Virus record (IMG/VR): IMGVR_UViG_3300025387_000013
Location: 1-46,519 of that record
Length of the DNA: 46,519 bases
Strand: one strand, 5' to 3'
Origin: a virus
Taxonomy: Duplodnaviria; Heunggongvirae; Uroviricota; Caudoviricetes
In this document: positions 16,996 through 25,074 of the stretch, in pieces
Numbering within the stretch: position 1 is the first letter of the stretch
Layout: the number at the start of each line of letters is the position of its first letter
Made by a program: the position numbers and the translations under genes
The notes under the pieces: generated by a model
The model's input: only the letters and a program-made list of their open reading frames with translations
What the model was told of the DNA's origin: nothing
The model's database searches: none

Positions 16996-17436
16996 TTAGT
17001 CAGAAAATGCAGTAGCTCCTAGCACTGAAGTACCATTAGCTGCAAATATAGTGGCAGCTTCATAACTTACTTCTAATAGTAAATTACCATATCCATCCAC
17101 TTTAAAATGTCCATATCCTGGAATGGTGTTATTTAAAACTGTAGCTAATTCATATTGATCTGCTGCATTTTGACCAGTATAAAACTCTAGATATCCATTA
17201 GGAGTAATCATTTGTGCAGTGAATAATACAAAGTCTACACTTACTAAAGGAAAGTTAGAAGTTATATCCACTACAATAGTTTGTTGATCTGTATTGCAAC
17301 ATTCGTAGCCTTGTACTTCTTGCCATTTTCCTACCTTAGGTATAGATCTGCGTAAGACTAAGCTACCTGCTACTACTCTGCCACTACCATCATAGCGGAC
17401 ATAAGCTTTTAAATCACGTTTGTTAATGCTTCCCAT
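16996..17436 (-). CDS. hypothetical virion-associated protein
   Basis: N-terminal KAYVRYDGSGRVVAGSLVLRRSIPKVGKWQEV...YECCN followed by a beta-rich domain. Confidence 0.65.
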   Translation of the reverse strand: MGSINKRDLKAYVRYDGSGRVVAGSLVLRRSIPKVGKWQEVQGYECCNTDQQTIVVDITSNFPLVSVDFVLFTAQMITPNGYLEFYTGQNAADQYELATVLNNTIPGYGHFKVDGYGNLLLEVSYEAATIFAANGTSVLGATAFSD

Positions 17437-17454
17437 AATTTTTAATTAATTAGG

Positions 17455-18474
17455 TTAATAGTTGAGGTTGTATTTATTTTTTAATTCTATAAGTTTTGTA
17501 ACATAATAATGAGTTCCCTTTTTCTTAGAATCTTCATTATTTAATACATTATTTATTTGACTGTCTTTGAAAGGATCTTTACCTGAATGATATAGTCCTT
17601 TATAGAAAGCCTGATAACCAGGCATGTCATTCGATGTAATTCCAGCATTATGAAAGAGTCCAAGTCTATTTACCTTCTCCATATCATCTGAGGCCCATGA
17701 GAAATCCATTTCAGGAATGTTCTTAGTCTCAAGATCTCTTAACCAAAGGTTCCATAACACAGCCCACATATCTGCACACCAGCTTTGAAATCCTTTATTT
17801 TCATTTGCAAAGAATTGACTATTAATATGTTGTAAATATTTACGTATTAATATACAATCGTTCATCACCTTGTTCCAGAAATTAGCATCTACATTCTTTA
17901 AAAAGTATTGTGCTCCTCCTGAGTTATTGTTGTTAGCTTCTGCAATCTCTCTAGTTATACCTATCAAGCTTGTTATCTCAGCTAATACATCTCTAGTTTT
18001 GTATTCTTCCAGTTTCTCTGGGAGAACATCATGTATTTTACTATCAAAATATGAAGCGTTTATATAGCTATTTGTATCTGAAAGATAACAAACATCATCA
18101 TCTATATAATCATCTACGTTAAACCTATCTGTAAATAGAATATCACAATCACAATAGAATACAGCTTTACTAATCATTTCAGGATGGTCTTTGAACCATC
18201 TCATTAAGACATATGGACGTAGAACAGGAATATATGTTCCAAGTTGTTGACTAACATCTCCATCATCTTTGTAATAAGCAAACTGTGCTTCTGGATATAG
18301 ATCTTCTACTTGTTTCCATTTCTCATTTTTCTCTCTGAAGCTTGGTGTATACACTAAGACAATAGCCTTGTCTGAATGTCCAATCTCCTTTAAGCTTTCT
18401 AACCAGGCATGTACTTGCCATGAGAAATACGCATCATCTGGCTGAGCGACTACAAATCTTAATTCCTTACCCAT
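17455..18474 (-). CDS. GT-A glycosyltransferase resembling peptidyl-Ser/Hyp O-glycosyltransferases (SGT1/HPAT-like)
   Basis: YFSWQV...LESL; YIPVLRPYVLMRWF; FYCDCDILF (DxD); SWCADMWAVLW. Start placed at MGKELRF (18474). Confidence 0.6.
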   Translation of the reverse strand: MGKELRFVVAQPDDAYFSWQVHAWLESLKEIGHSDKAIVLVYTPSFREKNEKWKQVEDLYPEAQFAYYKDDGDVSQQLGTYIPVLRPYVLMRWFKDHPEMISKAVFYCDCDILFTDRFNVDDYIDDDVCYLSDTNSYINASYFDSKIHDVLPEKLEEYKTRDVLAEITSLIGITREIAEANNNNSGGAQYFLKNVDANFWNKVMNDCILIRKYLQHINSQFFANENKGFQSWCADMWAVLWNLWLRDLETKNIPEMDFSWASDDMEKVNRLGLFHNAGITSNDMPGYQAFYKGLYHSGKDPFKDSQINNVLNNEDSKKKGTHYYVTKLIELKNKYNLNY

Positions 18475-18475
18475 A

Positions 18476-19069
18476 TTATTTAGTTGTTGGTTTACATCTT
18501 TCATCTCTTCTTAGTATATCAGTTGCATTAAACTTCCAAGTTTTTCCAGCTATGATTGCTCTAACTGTATACAAACTAACTCCTAATATTTCAGAGACTT
18601 CTTTTGCACCTTTTCCTGAGTTATATAATTCTTTAATAATAGTAACTTTTTTATCTGTGAGTGTTGCTCTACCATTTCCTTCACCAGCTCTACTAGGTTG
18701 TAGTCCTAATTTATAAGCATGTAATTGATTTTCTGAATTAGTAACCCACTCAAGATTTACAATACTATTATCAGTTTTTATACCATTAATGTGATTTATT
18801 TGAGTACATCCTTCAGGTTTTACTAAGAAAGCACTAGCTACAAGTTTATGAACTAATCTAGTGTGAGTTCCATTTTTACGAAGCCTAACTTCAGGATATC
18901 CCTTTTTATTAAGCATTTGTTTCATTTCTTGTCCTCTAGTTAATCGAAGTCCATTTCTACCTTGTTTAAGTCTATCTATTCCTCTAATTTTACCAAGACT
19001 ACTTACCTGATATCCTTCAAAGTTAGGAACATCTCTCCATTCTTCACAGATAAACTTAAGATCCTTCAT
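18476..19069 (-). CDS. NUMOD4-HNH homing endonuclease
   Basis: EEWRDVPNFEGYQVSSLGKIR (NUMOD4); VHKLVASAF...INHINGIKTDNSIVNLEWVTNSENQLHA; C-terminal HTH-like tail. Confidence 0.9.
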   Translation of the reverse strand: MKDLKFICEEWRDVPNFEGYQVSSLGKIRGIDRLKQGRNGLRLTRGQEMKQMLNKKGYPEVRLRKNGTHTRLVHKLVASAFLVKPEGCTQINHINGIKTDNSIVNLEWVTNSENQLHAYKLGLQPSRAGEGNGRATLTDKKVTIIKELYNSGKGAKEVSEILGVSLYTVRAIIAGKTWKFNATDILRRDERCKPTTK

Positions 19070-19103
19070 ATATGTAGTTTGTTGGTTATATTTTTATTAA
19101 ACA

Positions 19104-19217
19104 CTAAGGCTTAATGTTCTTTCCCATCACTTTGGTTAATTGTTCTAGCTGTTTAGCTATGTTCCAAAGCAACTTGGCCTTTTGGCTCCATCCTATTTGT
19201 TGAGAAGGTATTGACAT
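19104..19217 (-). CDS. 37-aa protein paralogous to the N-terminus of the upstream gene (not in ORF track)
   Basis: Manual translation: MSIPSQQIGWSQKAKLLWNIAKQLEQLTKVMGKNIKP*. Confidence 0.75.
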   Translation of the reverse strand: MSIPSQQIGWSQKAKLLWNIAKQLEQLTKVMGKNIKP

Positions 19218-19219
19218 GA

Positions 19220-19792
19220 TTATCCAATATTAAATATAGAAAAATTAACAGATGGTGATAATGGTCTAGTTGGATTAGTTCCTGCAGCAGTTGATAAAAT
19301 TTTCATACCAGTAGCTGGTGACCACCAATAAAACTTAATATATTGTCCAGCAGTTAACGTTATAGTATCTGATATGTGTGCAAGTGTTTGATCATTTTGT
19401 GCTCCAGTTGTAGTGAACGTAAATGCAGAATTATTTACAGCTACATCATTTATAGTGTACCAAACAGTTACATTGTAACTTGACGCTCCTCCAGTAAATG
19501 CAAGTTGAAGAGCTAGATCTATATAATATACACCTGCATTAGTAACATCTATTCTATTATTTGGACCTAATGTAAAACCGTTAGCAGATTGTGTTGAATT
19601 AATTAACACTTGATTTGCTACAGTGGCTCCACCATTATTTTGAGTGGTAGTATCAAAAAAAGTTCCAGAATAAAGAGATAATGGAGCTGGTATATTACCT
19701 GTAACATTAGTTAAATATTCTAATTGCTTAGAAATCTCCCATAACAGATTCTCTTCTGTTCCCCAACCTATCTGTCTAGATGGTACACTCAT
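19220..19792 (-). CDS. virion appendage-like protein with C1q/TNF/BclA-like beta domain
   Basis: Start placed at MSVPSRQIGW (19792); FFDTTTQ...NSANGF-like segment...IDVTNAGVYYIDLALQL...YIKFYW. Confidence 0.6.
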   Translation of the reverse strand: MSVPSRQIGWGTEENLLWEISKQLEYLTNVTGNIPAPLSLYSGTFFDTTTQNNGGATVANQVLINSTQSANGFTLGPNNRIDVTNAGVYYIDLALQLAFTGGASSYNVTVWYTINDVAVNNSAFTFTTTGAQNDQTLAHISDTITLTAGQYIKFYWWSPATGMKILSTAAGTNPTRPLSPSVNFSIFNIG

Positions 19793-19877
19793 GTTTATAA
19801 AGTTTAATAACGAAGGTATGCTAACTTTAGTTATTAACAATGACCTTCATTAATTTGTAATAATTAAATTAGTTATA

Positions 19878-19906
19878 TAATTTCTAATTAAGTTAATTAG
19901 AAATTA
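19878..19906. repeat. 29-bp AT-rich palindrome
   Basis: TAATTTCTAATTAA-G-TTAATTAGAAATTA, with 14-bp perfect arms. Confidence 0.8.
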
Positions 19907-20026
19907 CCTACCCTGAGATCTGTATTTAGAAACTTTCTTGTCTTTTGGACCAGAGGATTTTTTAGCTTTTCCACCTTTACGCTTACCAAATGTAAGTTTT
20001 CTAGTGTTACCTACTGCTTTTGCCAT
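19904..20026 (-). CDS. 40-aa basic protein (not in ORF track)
   Basis: Manual translation: MAKAVGNTRKLTFGKRKGGKAKKSSGPKDKKVSKYRSQGR*. Confidence 0.7.
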   Translation of the reverse strand: MAKAVGNTRKLTFGKRKGGKAKKSSGPKDKKVSKYRSQGR

Positions 20027-20032
20027 GTTAGT

Positions 20033-20506
20033 TTATTTTGTAAAATATAAATCAGCTTCTGCTCTTCTTCTTCTTAATAATCCTCCTTGTTTTTGACCAT
20101 CTGCATATACCCATTTCATAAACTCATCTCTTATAGAAGGATCATTTGGATCTGTATTCACTTTAATTCTTAATGTAGAACCTTTAAATCTTCCCACTCC
20201 TTCATTATAAGCAAAAGATATAACTGCATCATATTGATTAGATGTAAGATCATCTCTTAGTAGAGGATCTACATATTGTATTTGTTGACTCATCTCCCAT
20301 TTAAGAAACTCCAAAGCTTGTTCCATTGTAATTAATGGATCACCCACTTCTACTTTTTTACCATTTAAATAGTTTGGTGGGTATTGAATGGTTCCATAAC
20401 CAATTGTATCTACACCTACAGGATCTATAGAATCATGATAGGCTTTAGGATAAAATCCTTCAAATAGCTTTACTAAATTAGCACAATTATCATTAATAGT
20501 AATCAT
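20033..20506 (-). CDS. endolysin, GH24 phage lysozyme
   Basis: KLFEGF..AYHD...DTIGYG; NQYDAVISFAYNEG...STL; GLLRRRRAEADLY. Start is 20506 or 20524. Confidence 0.92.
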   Translation of the reverse strand: MITINDNCANLVKLFEGFYPKAYHDSIDPVGVDTIGYGTIQYPPNYLNGKKVEVGDPLITMEQALEFLKWEMSQQIQYVDPLLRDDLTSNQYDAVISFAYNEGVGRFKGSTLRIKVNTDPNDPSIRDEFMKWVYADGQKQGGLLRRRRAEADLYFTK

Positions 20507-21108
20507 TATAATACAATTTTCCAATATGAACTAATCCCATACACTATACCATTAGAGCTATAGCCAACATTTACACCAAAGATTCTATCTTTCCTATCTT
20601 TATACAGTCCTCCTACAAATCCTCCACTAAGGCCAATTTGTTTATTTCCAAATAGCCCTCCTCCTATGTACAATTGTCTTGTAGGTTTTGTATATTCATG
20701 CACTGTAACAGTTTCTTTAGGAACTCTTATACTGTATTTAATAGAAGATCCTACTAATAGGTTTGATGACACTGTATCTGTAACTATAGCATCTCCATAT
20801 TCACCTAATTTAAACGGTGTAGCATAAATTCTCTTAGAAAAATATCTATCTCCTAGAGAATCATATTGAACTACCACCTTTTCAAAGGTCTTACCAGGAG
20901 TGTACAATGTATCATGCATCCAATTAGTATCTGCTTTTACATATACTAACTTAGGATGACTAATTACAGAATCATGTATTACAATAGTATCATGTATAAC
21001 TATAGATGTAGTTGGCTCTTTTATATATTTAGGTCCTCCTCCACATCTTTGTAAAAATATAATTGCAAGTAGGATTAAAATAATAAAAGTTAAAATGTTG
21101 GTTTTCAT
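20506..21108 (-). CDS. putative spanin / membrane lipoprotein of the lysis cassette
   Basis: MKTNILTFIILILLAIIFLQRC N-terminal TM with Cys; beta-rich C-terminus; adjacent to the lysozyme. Confidence 0.55.
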   Translation of the reverse strand: MKTNILTFIILILLAIIFLQRCGGGPKYIKEPTTSIVIHDTIVIHDSVISHPKLVYVKADTNWMHDTLYTPGKTFEKVVVQYDSLGDRYFSKRIYATPFKLGEYGDAIVTDTVSSNLLVGSSIKYSIRVPKETVTVHEYTKPTRQLYIGGGLFGNKQIGLSGGFVGGLYKDRKDRIFGVNVGYSSNGIVYGISSYWKIVL

Positions 21109-21112
21109 ATAT

Positions 21113-21319
21113 TTAAGTTGTTGGTTGAGAATCATCACTAAATAGGTTAGATACAAACTTTGCTATCACACCTAATACAAATATAATAGTTCCTGCTGTA
21201 GGATAACCATTTAATATAGTAATACTTCCACCAAATGTAGTTGCTGCTACCACTGAATCTGCAACTTTTCTAATTTTTTTTGGGGTTGGTGCCCAGTATT
21301 GATTTATTCCAAAAGACAT
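21113..21319 (-). CDS. putative holin
   Basis: 68 aa with two hydrophobic segments and a TPKKIRK N-terminus, upstream of spanin and lysozyme. Confidence 0.55.
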   Translation of the reverse strand: MSFGINQYWAPTPKKIRKVADSVVAATTFGGSITILNGYPTAGTIIFVLGVIAKFVSNLFSDDSQPTT

Positions 21320-21320
21320 A

Positions 21321-21680
21321 TTATGGGGTTTTTTGTTGAGTTTGTTCTATTTGTCTTTGATTATTCTTAGTCATTATTAAACTAGAATATATAGTGACAC
21401 TGTATTGTATAATTGCACCTAATGCTAACACTATACCAATAGTCCATAAAGTTTTCTTTTTGAACTCTTCATATTGTAACTGTTTACTCTCTAGCTCTAT
21501 CACCTTACTCTTTAATGCTTCAATATCTTGGATGAATCCTCCAGTTTTAGTAAGAGGATTACCTAATATTGCATCTACCACCTGTGTCAACTTAGTGTCA
21601 ATACTGTTAATCTTATCTTCCATATCTGTTAGTCTTGCATCCATGCTTAGTAAATCATCTTGTAATGTACGAATTTCCAT
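21321..21680 (-). CDS. coiled-coil protein with C-terminal TM (holin/antiholin-like)
   Basis: Heptad-rich N-terminus, then KKKTLWTIGIVLALGAIIQY. Confidence 0.55.
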   Translation of the reverse strand: MEIRTLQDDLLSMDARLTDMEDKINSIDTKLTQVVDAILGNPLTKTGGFIQDIEALKSKVIELESKQLQYEEFKKKTLWTIGIVLALGAIIQYSVTIYSSLIMTKNNQRQIEQTQQKTP

Positions 21681-21761
21681 ATTAGTTGGTGTAGCTATAA
21701 CACAAAATCCCCAATGAAGGGGAATTTAAATGTTATCTAGTTGAAAAATAATAGGTGATAG

Positions 21762-21793
21762 CAAAACTATGTAAAACAAATGATATAACCAAA
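21762..21793 (-). promoter_or_regulatory. Bacteroidota housekeeping-sigma promoter driving the leftward lysis/appendage block
   Basis: Minus strand TTTG(21793-90)-N20-TAGTTTTG(21769-62), exact consensus. Confidence 0.7.
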
Positions 21794-21825
21794 TATTTTT
21801 TTCTTATGGATTGGTATAATTTTCT

Positions 21826-21833
21826 TATTTTTG
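21826..21833 (+). promoter_or_regulatory. possible -7 box for the glycosyltransferase island
   Basis: TATTTTTG 17 nt before ATG 21851; no well-spaced -33 element. Confidence 0.35.
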
Positions 21834-21850
21834 TTAAAAATAACAATTAC

Positions 21851-24055
21851 ATGAAACCAATATGTCTTGATCTAAAAGAGCTTATAGATTTAGAAAATAT
21901 AAACTCTTATATAGAAGACTTATATAATATCTACAGACAAAAGATATATGTATTGTCAAGTCAGCCAGAACATTTCAAAAACAACCCCCACGTTCTAAAA
22001 AGCTATAAAAAGGCATCAATGAATATTGCCTGGTTTGAAAACCATACAGAAATATATACATATGATGTAAAACCAAAACTACTAGTTATAGTTCCTCACA
22101 TGTCCACTGGTGGTTGTCCTCAAGTGACATTAAATAAAGTGGAGCTTCTCCAATCTTCCTTTAATATACAAGTGGTAGAATATGCATTCTATGGGCCAGC
22201 CTATGTGGTTCAGAGAAATAAGATGATTGCTCTAGTGGGAGAAGATAAGTTTCATTCTCTAGGAGAAAATAAGTTTGCAGATCTCATTAAAATATGTGAT
22301 AGGTTCAAGCCACAGGTTATATCTATAGAAGAGTTTCCAGAGATGTTTATGAATACTGAATGTGCTAACTATCTATATAATACAGAGAGAAATTGGAAAA
22401 TTATAGAAACTACACATGATAGTTCATTCAATCCAAGAAACAAATTCTACCTACCTGATCAGTTTGTGTTTGTTAGTGCTTATAGCCTGTTCAAATATAT
22501 TGATCTAAATGTTCCTATGGAGATTATAGAATACCCTGTAGATAAGAAAGAACGTAATAAACTAGCAAGACAACAACAGTTTGGTTTAGATCCTGAGTAT
22601 AAGCATATTGTGATAGTTGGGTTATTTACAGCTAGGAAGAACCAAGGATATGCTTTTGAAATGGCCAGACAATTAGAGAATTATAAAGTAAAGTTTCATT
22701 TCTTAGGTAACCAGGCAGGTAATTTTGAAGACTATTGGAAACCATTGATGGCCAACAAACCTGACAACTGTATCATCTGGGGAGAAAGAAGTGATGTATC
22801 TGAGTTCTTACAAGCTTGTGATATGTTCCTATTCCCATCCAAAGGTGATCGTGGAAACAAGGAACTCAATCCAATTGCTATTAAGGAAGCTCTAGAATAT
22901 GATATGGTTAAGATGATATATCCTCTAGATGTATATTGTAATAAGTATGATGATTATGAGGATGTAGTTTATTTAACAGGAGATGTTAATACTGATAGTA
23001 CCAACTTAATTAGTTATCTAAACCTTACAGCATCTTTAAAGATGAATGTAGATGAGGAAGTGATTGTTATAGGAACCTATCCTAATTTAAAAAGACGTGT
23101 AGAACTTACAAAAGAATGTATAAGATCATTAAAACCATTAGGTAGAAAAATAATTTTAGTTAGTCACTATCCTGTAGATCAAGAGATTCAAAGAATGGTG
23201 GATTATTATATCTATGATAAACATAATCCAATGACCTTTCATTCTTATTATACATTGTTTTTTAATTATGCATCAGACTATGATGTAAATATTAATATTA
23301 ACCAATTACATGATGGTAATCAATCGTTGGCTGTTTTAACTAATCTATTTAATGGGTTTAAACATGCCAAAGCACATGGATTTAAAAGTTTATTCTATGT
23401 TACATTTGATATTATAATTGATCCTAGGGATATACCAGCTATTAATGAATCATTTAATACATTACGTAATGGTAAGAAGGCACATTTAGCTATATTCAAA
23501 ACAGAATTTGAATATGGTATACAAACCAATGGTATGACTTTCAATGTAGACTATTTCTTAGATAGGTTCGATGATGTAAGAGATGTAGAAACTTATAATA
23601 GTATTTGCAAAAATATTGGTTCGCAAAACTTCTTAGAAGATTATCTTGCTAAAAAGTTAGAAAAGCTTAATAAGAATGAGTTATATATTAGACCAATGAA
23701 AAAAAATGGAGAAGCTGAAACATTTCTTGAATATACAGGTGTAGGACTTTCTTCTCATAGTGAGTATTATTCTATTTTACCAGTGATGGAAAAAGATAAT
23801 GTATTCATGTTCTATTTCTATACATATAATATAGATGATAGAATTGTTAAAGTGAGAATAGAAAATACATTATTTGAATTTAATATATCTGAAACTAAAG
23901 AATATAAATATGAGTTTGCTTACACTGGTAAACCTATAACTATAACTATTGAGTTTTATGATGATGATAATCTATACAAAAAAGAATCACATATAATAAA
24001 TGAAGATACACTTGATAAATATATAAACACTGGAAAATTCTCATGGAAAAAATAA
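21851..24055 (+). CDS. bifunctional glycosyltransferase: GT4-like (GT-B) domain fused to a GT-A-like domain
   Basis: VPHMSTGGCP; IVGLFTARKNQ; ACDMFLFPS...ELNPIAIKEAL; C-terminal VIGTYP...IILVSHYP...YYIYDKHNP...FYVTFDII. Start placed at ATG 21851; track uses GTG 21755. Confidence 0.8.
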   Translation: MKPICLDLKELIDLENINSYIEDLYNIYRQKIYVLSSQPEHFKNNPHVLKSYKKASMNIAWFENHTEIYTYDVKPKLLVIVPHMSTGGCPQVTLNKVELLQSSFNIQVVEYAFYGPAYVVQRNKMIALVGEDKFHSLGENKFADLIKICDRFKPQVISIEEFPEMFMNTECANYLYNTERNWKIIETTHDSSFNPRNKFYLPDQFVFVSAYSLFKYIDLNVPMEIIEYPVDKKERNKLARQQQFGLDPEYKHIVIVGLFTARKNQGYAFEMARQLENYKVKFHFLGNQAGNFEDYWKPLMANKPDNCIIWGERSDVSEFLQACDMFLFPSKGDRGNKELNPIAIKEALEYDMVKMIYPLDVYCNKYDDYEDVVYLTGDVNTDSTNLISYLNLTASLKMNVDEEVIVIGTYPNLKRRVELTKECIRSLKPLGRKIILVSHYPVDQEIQRMVDYYIYDKHNPMTFHSYYTLFFNYASDYDVNININQLHDGNQSLAVLTNLFNGFKHAKAHGFKSLFYVTFDIIIDPRDIPAINESFNTLRNGKKAHLAIFKTEFEYGIQTNGMTFNVDYFLDRFDDVRDVETYNSICKNIGSQNFLEDYLAKKLEKLNKNELYIRPMKKNGEAETFLEYTGVGLSSHSEYYSILPVMEKDNVFMFYFYTYNIDDRIVKVRIENTLFEFNISETKEYKYEFAYTGKPITITIEFYDDDNLYKKESHIINEDTLDKYINTGKFSWKK

Positions 24056-25074
24056 ATATGAATATAACACACGTAGCAACAGGACTTATTAACATACCAC
24101 CAAATGGTTGGGGAGCTATTGAAAGACTTATATGGGAATACAAAAAGCAACTTGATCTGCTAGGACATAATGTAGAAATTAAATACATGAATGAACTAGA
24201 AAAACATTCTAACACAATTATCCACACACATATATTTAATCAAGCATTACATTGTAAAGAGCTTGGAATTCCTTATATATTCTCTTTACACGATCATCAT
24301 GCTGAATATTTAGGAAAGGATAGTAGACTGTTTAAAGAAAATCTAGAAGCAATAAAAGGTAGTGTAATTTCTTTTACACATGCTGAGTATCTAATAGACT
24401 TTTTCAGTGAGACAGATAAATTATTCTATCTATCTCATGGAACAGATACATCTTTCTTTACTCCTAACACAGATGTAATACCACATAGACTACTTATGAT
24501 AGCTAACAATGGCCTAGCTGGAGATCCTACAATAGATAGAAAAGGTTTTAGGCAAGGAATAGAAGCTGCTAAAGCTCTAGACTTGCCAATCACAATTGCT
24601 GGTCATCAAGACAATCATAAATTCTTTGACTATCATAGAGATCTTTTAGAATATGATGGTCTTACAATAGAACTATACAATCCAACAGATGAACAAATAA
24701 GAAATCTCTATCAGTCTCATACAATATTTGTACATCCTTCATTCATAGAAGCTGGCCATCCTAACTTAACACTTATGGAAGCAGCAAGTTCTTGTCTTCC
24801 TATTGTAGGAACATACAGAGGATCTAAGCATGTATATGGTATGTGGGTTACACCTACAACATCTACACAAGATATTATATATGGAATAGAACAGACATTA
24901 ATTACATATGATCATAGAAGAGAAGAGATGTTCTCTGTAAGAGAAAGTCTTGATTGGAAACATGTATGTGTAAAGCTTGATAAATATTATCAGAATGTTG
25001 TAAAGGTGAATGATCTGTATACAACAGATGTAACAAAAGAAAAATATACATCACTTTATTTAAACCTTGTATAG
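24043..25074 (+). CDS. GT4-like glycosyltransferase
   Basis: IPPNGWGAIE; DRKG; FVHPSFIEAGHPNLTLMEAASSCLPIVG (Ex7E-type). Confidence 0.85.
   Translation: MEKINMNITHVATGLINIPPNGWGAIERLIWEYKKQLDLLGHNVEIKYMNELEKHSNTIIHTHIFNQALHCKELGIPYIFSLHDHHAEYLGKDSRLFKENLEAIKGSVISFTHAEYLIDFFSETDKLFYLSHGTDTSFFTPNTDVIPHRLLMIANNGLAGDPTIDRKGFRQGIEAAKALDLPITIAGHQDNHKFFDYHRDLLEYDGLTIELYNPTDEQIRNLYQSHTIFVHPSFIEAGHPNLTLMEAASSCLPIVGTYRGSKHVYGMWVTPTTSTQDIIYGIEQTLITYDHRREEMFSVRESLDWKHVCVKLDKYYQNVVKVNDLYTTDVTKEKYTSLYLNLV

Noticed and set aside
16559-17015. + strand Val-rich and Cys/Ser-rich ORFs
   Set aside because: Antisense shadows of the Thr-repeat gene.
18476-19069. Group I intron interrupting the glycosyltransferase
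   Set aside because: The HNH ORF abuts the GT start with 1 nt between them, leaving no space for a ribozyme core; kept only as a free-standing insertion hypothesis.
21706-21727. Small CCCC/GGGG hairpin near the divergent junction
   Set aside because: Only a 4-bp GC core with a mismatch and no convergent genes to terminate; too weak to call.
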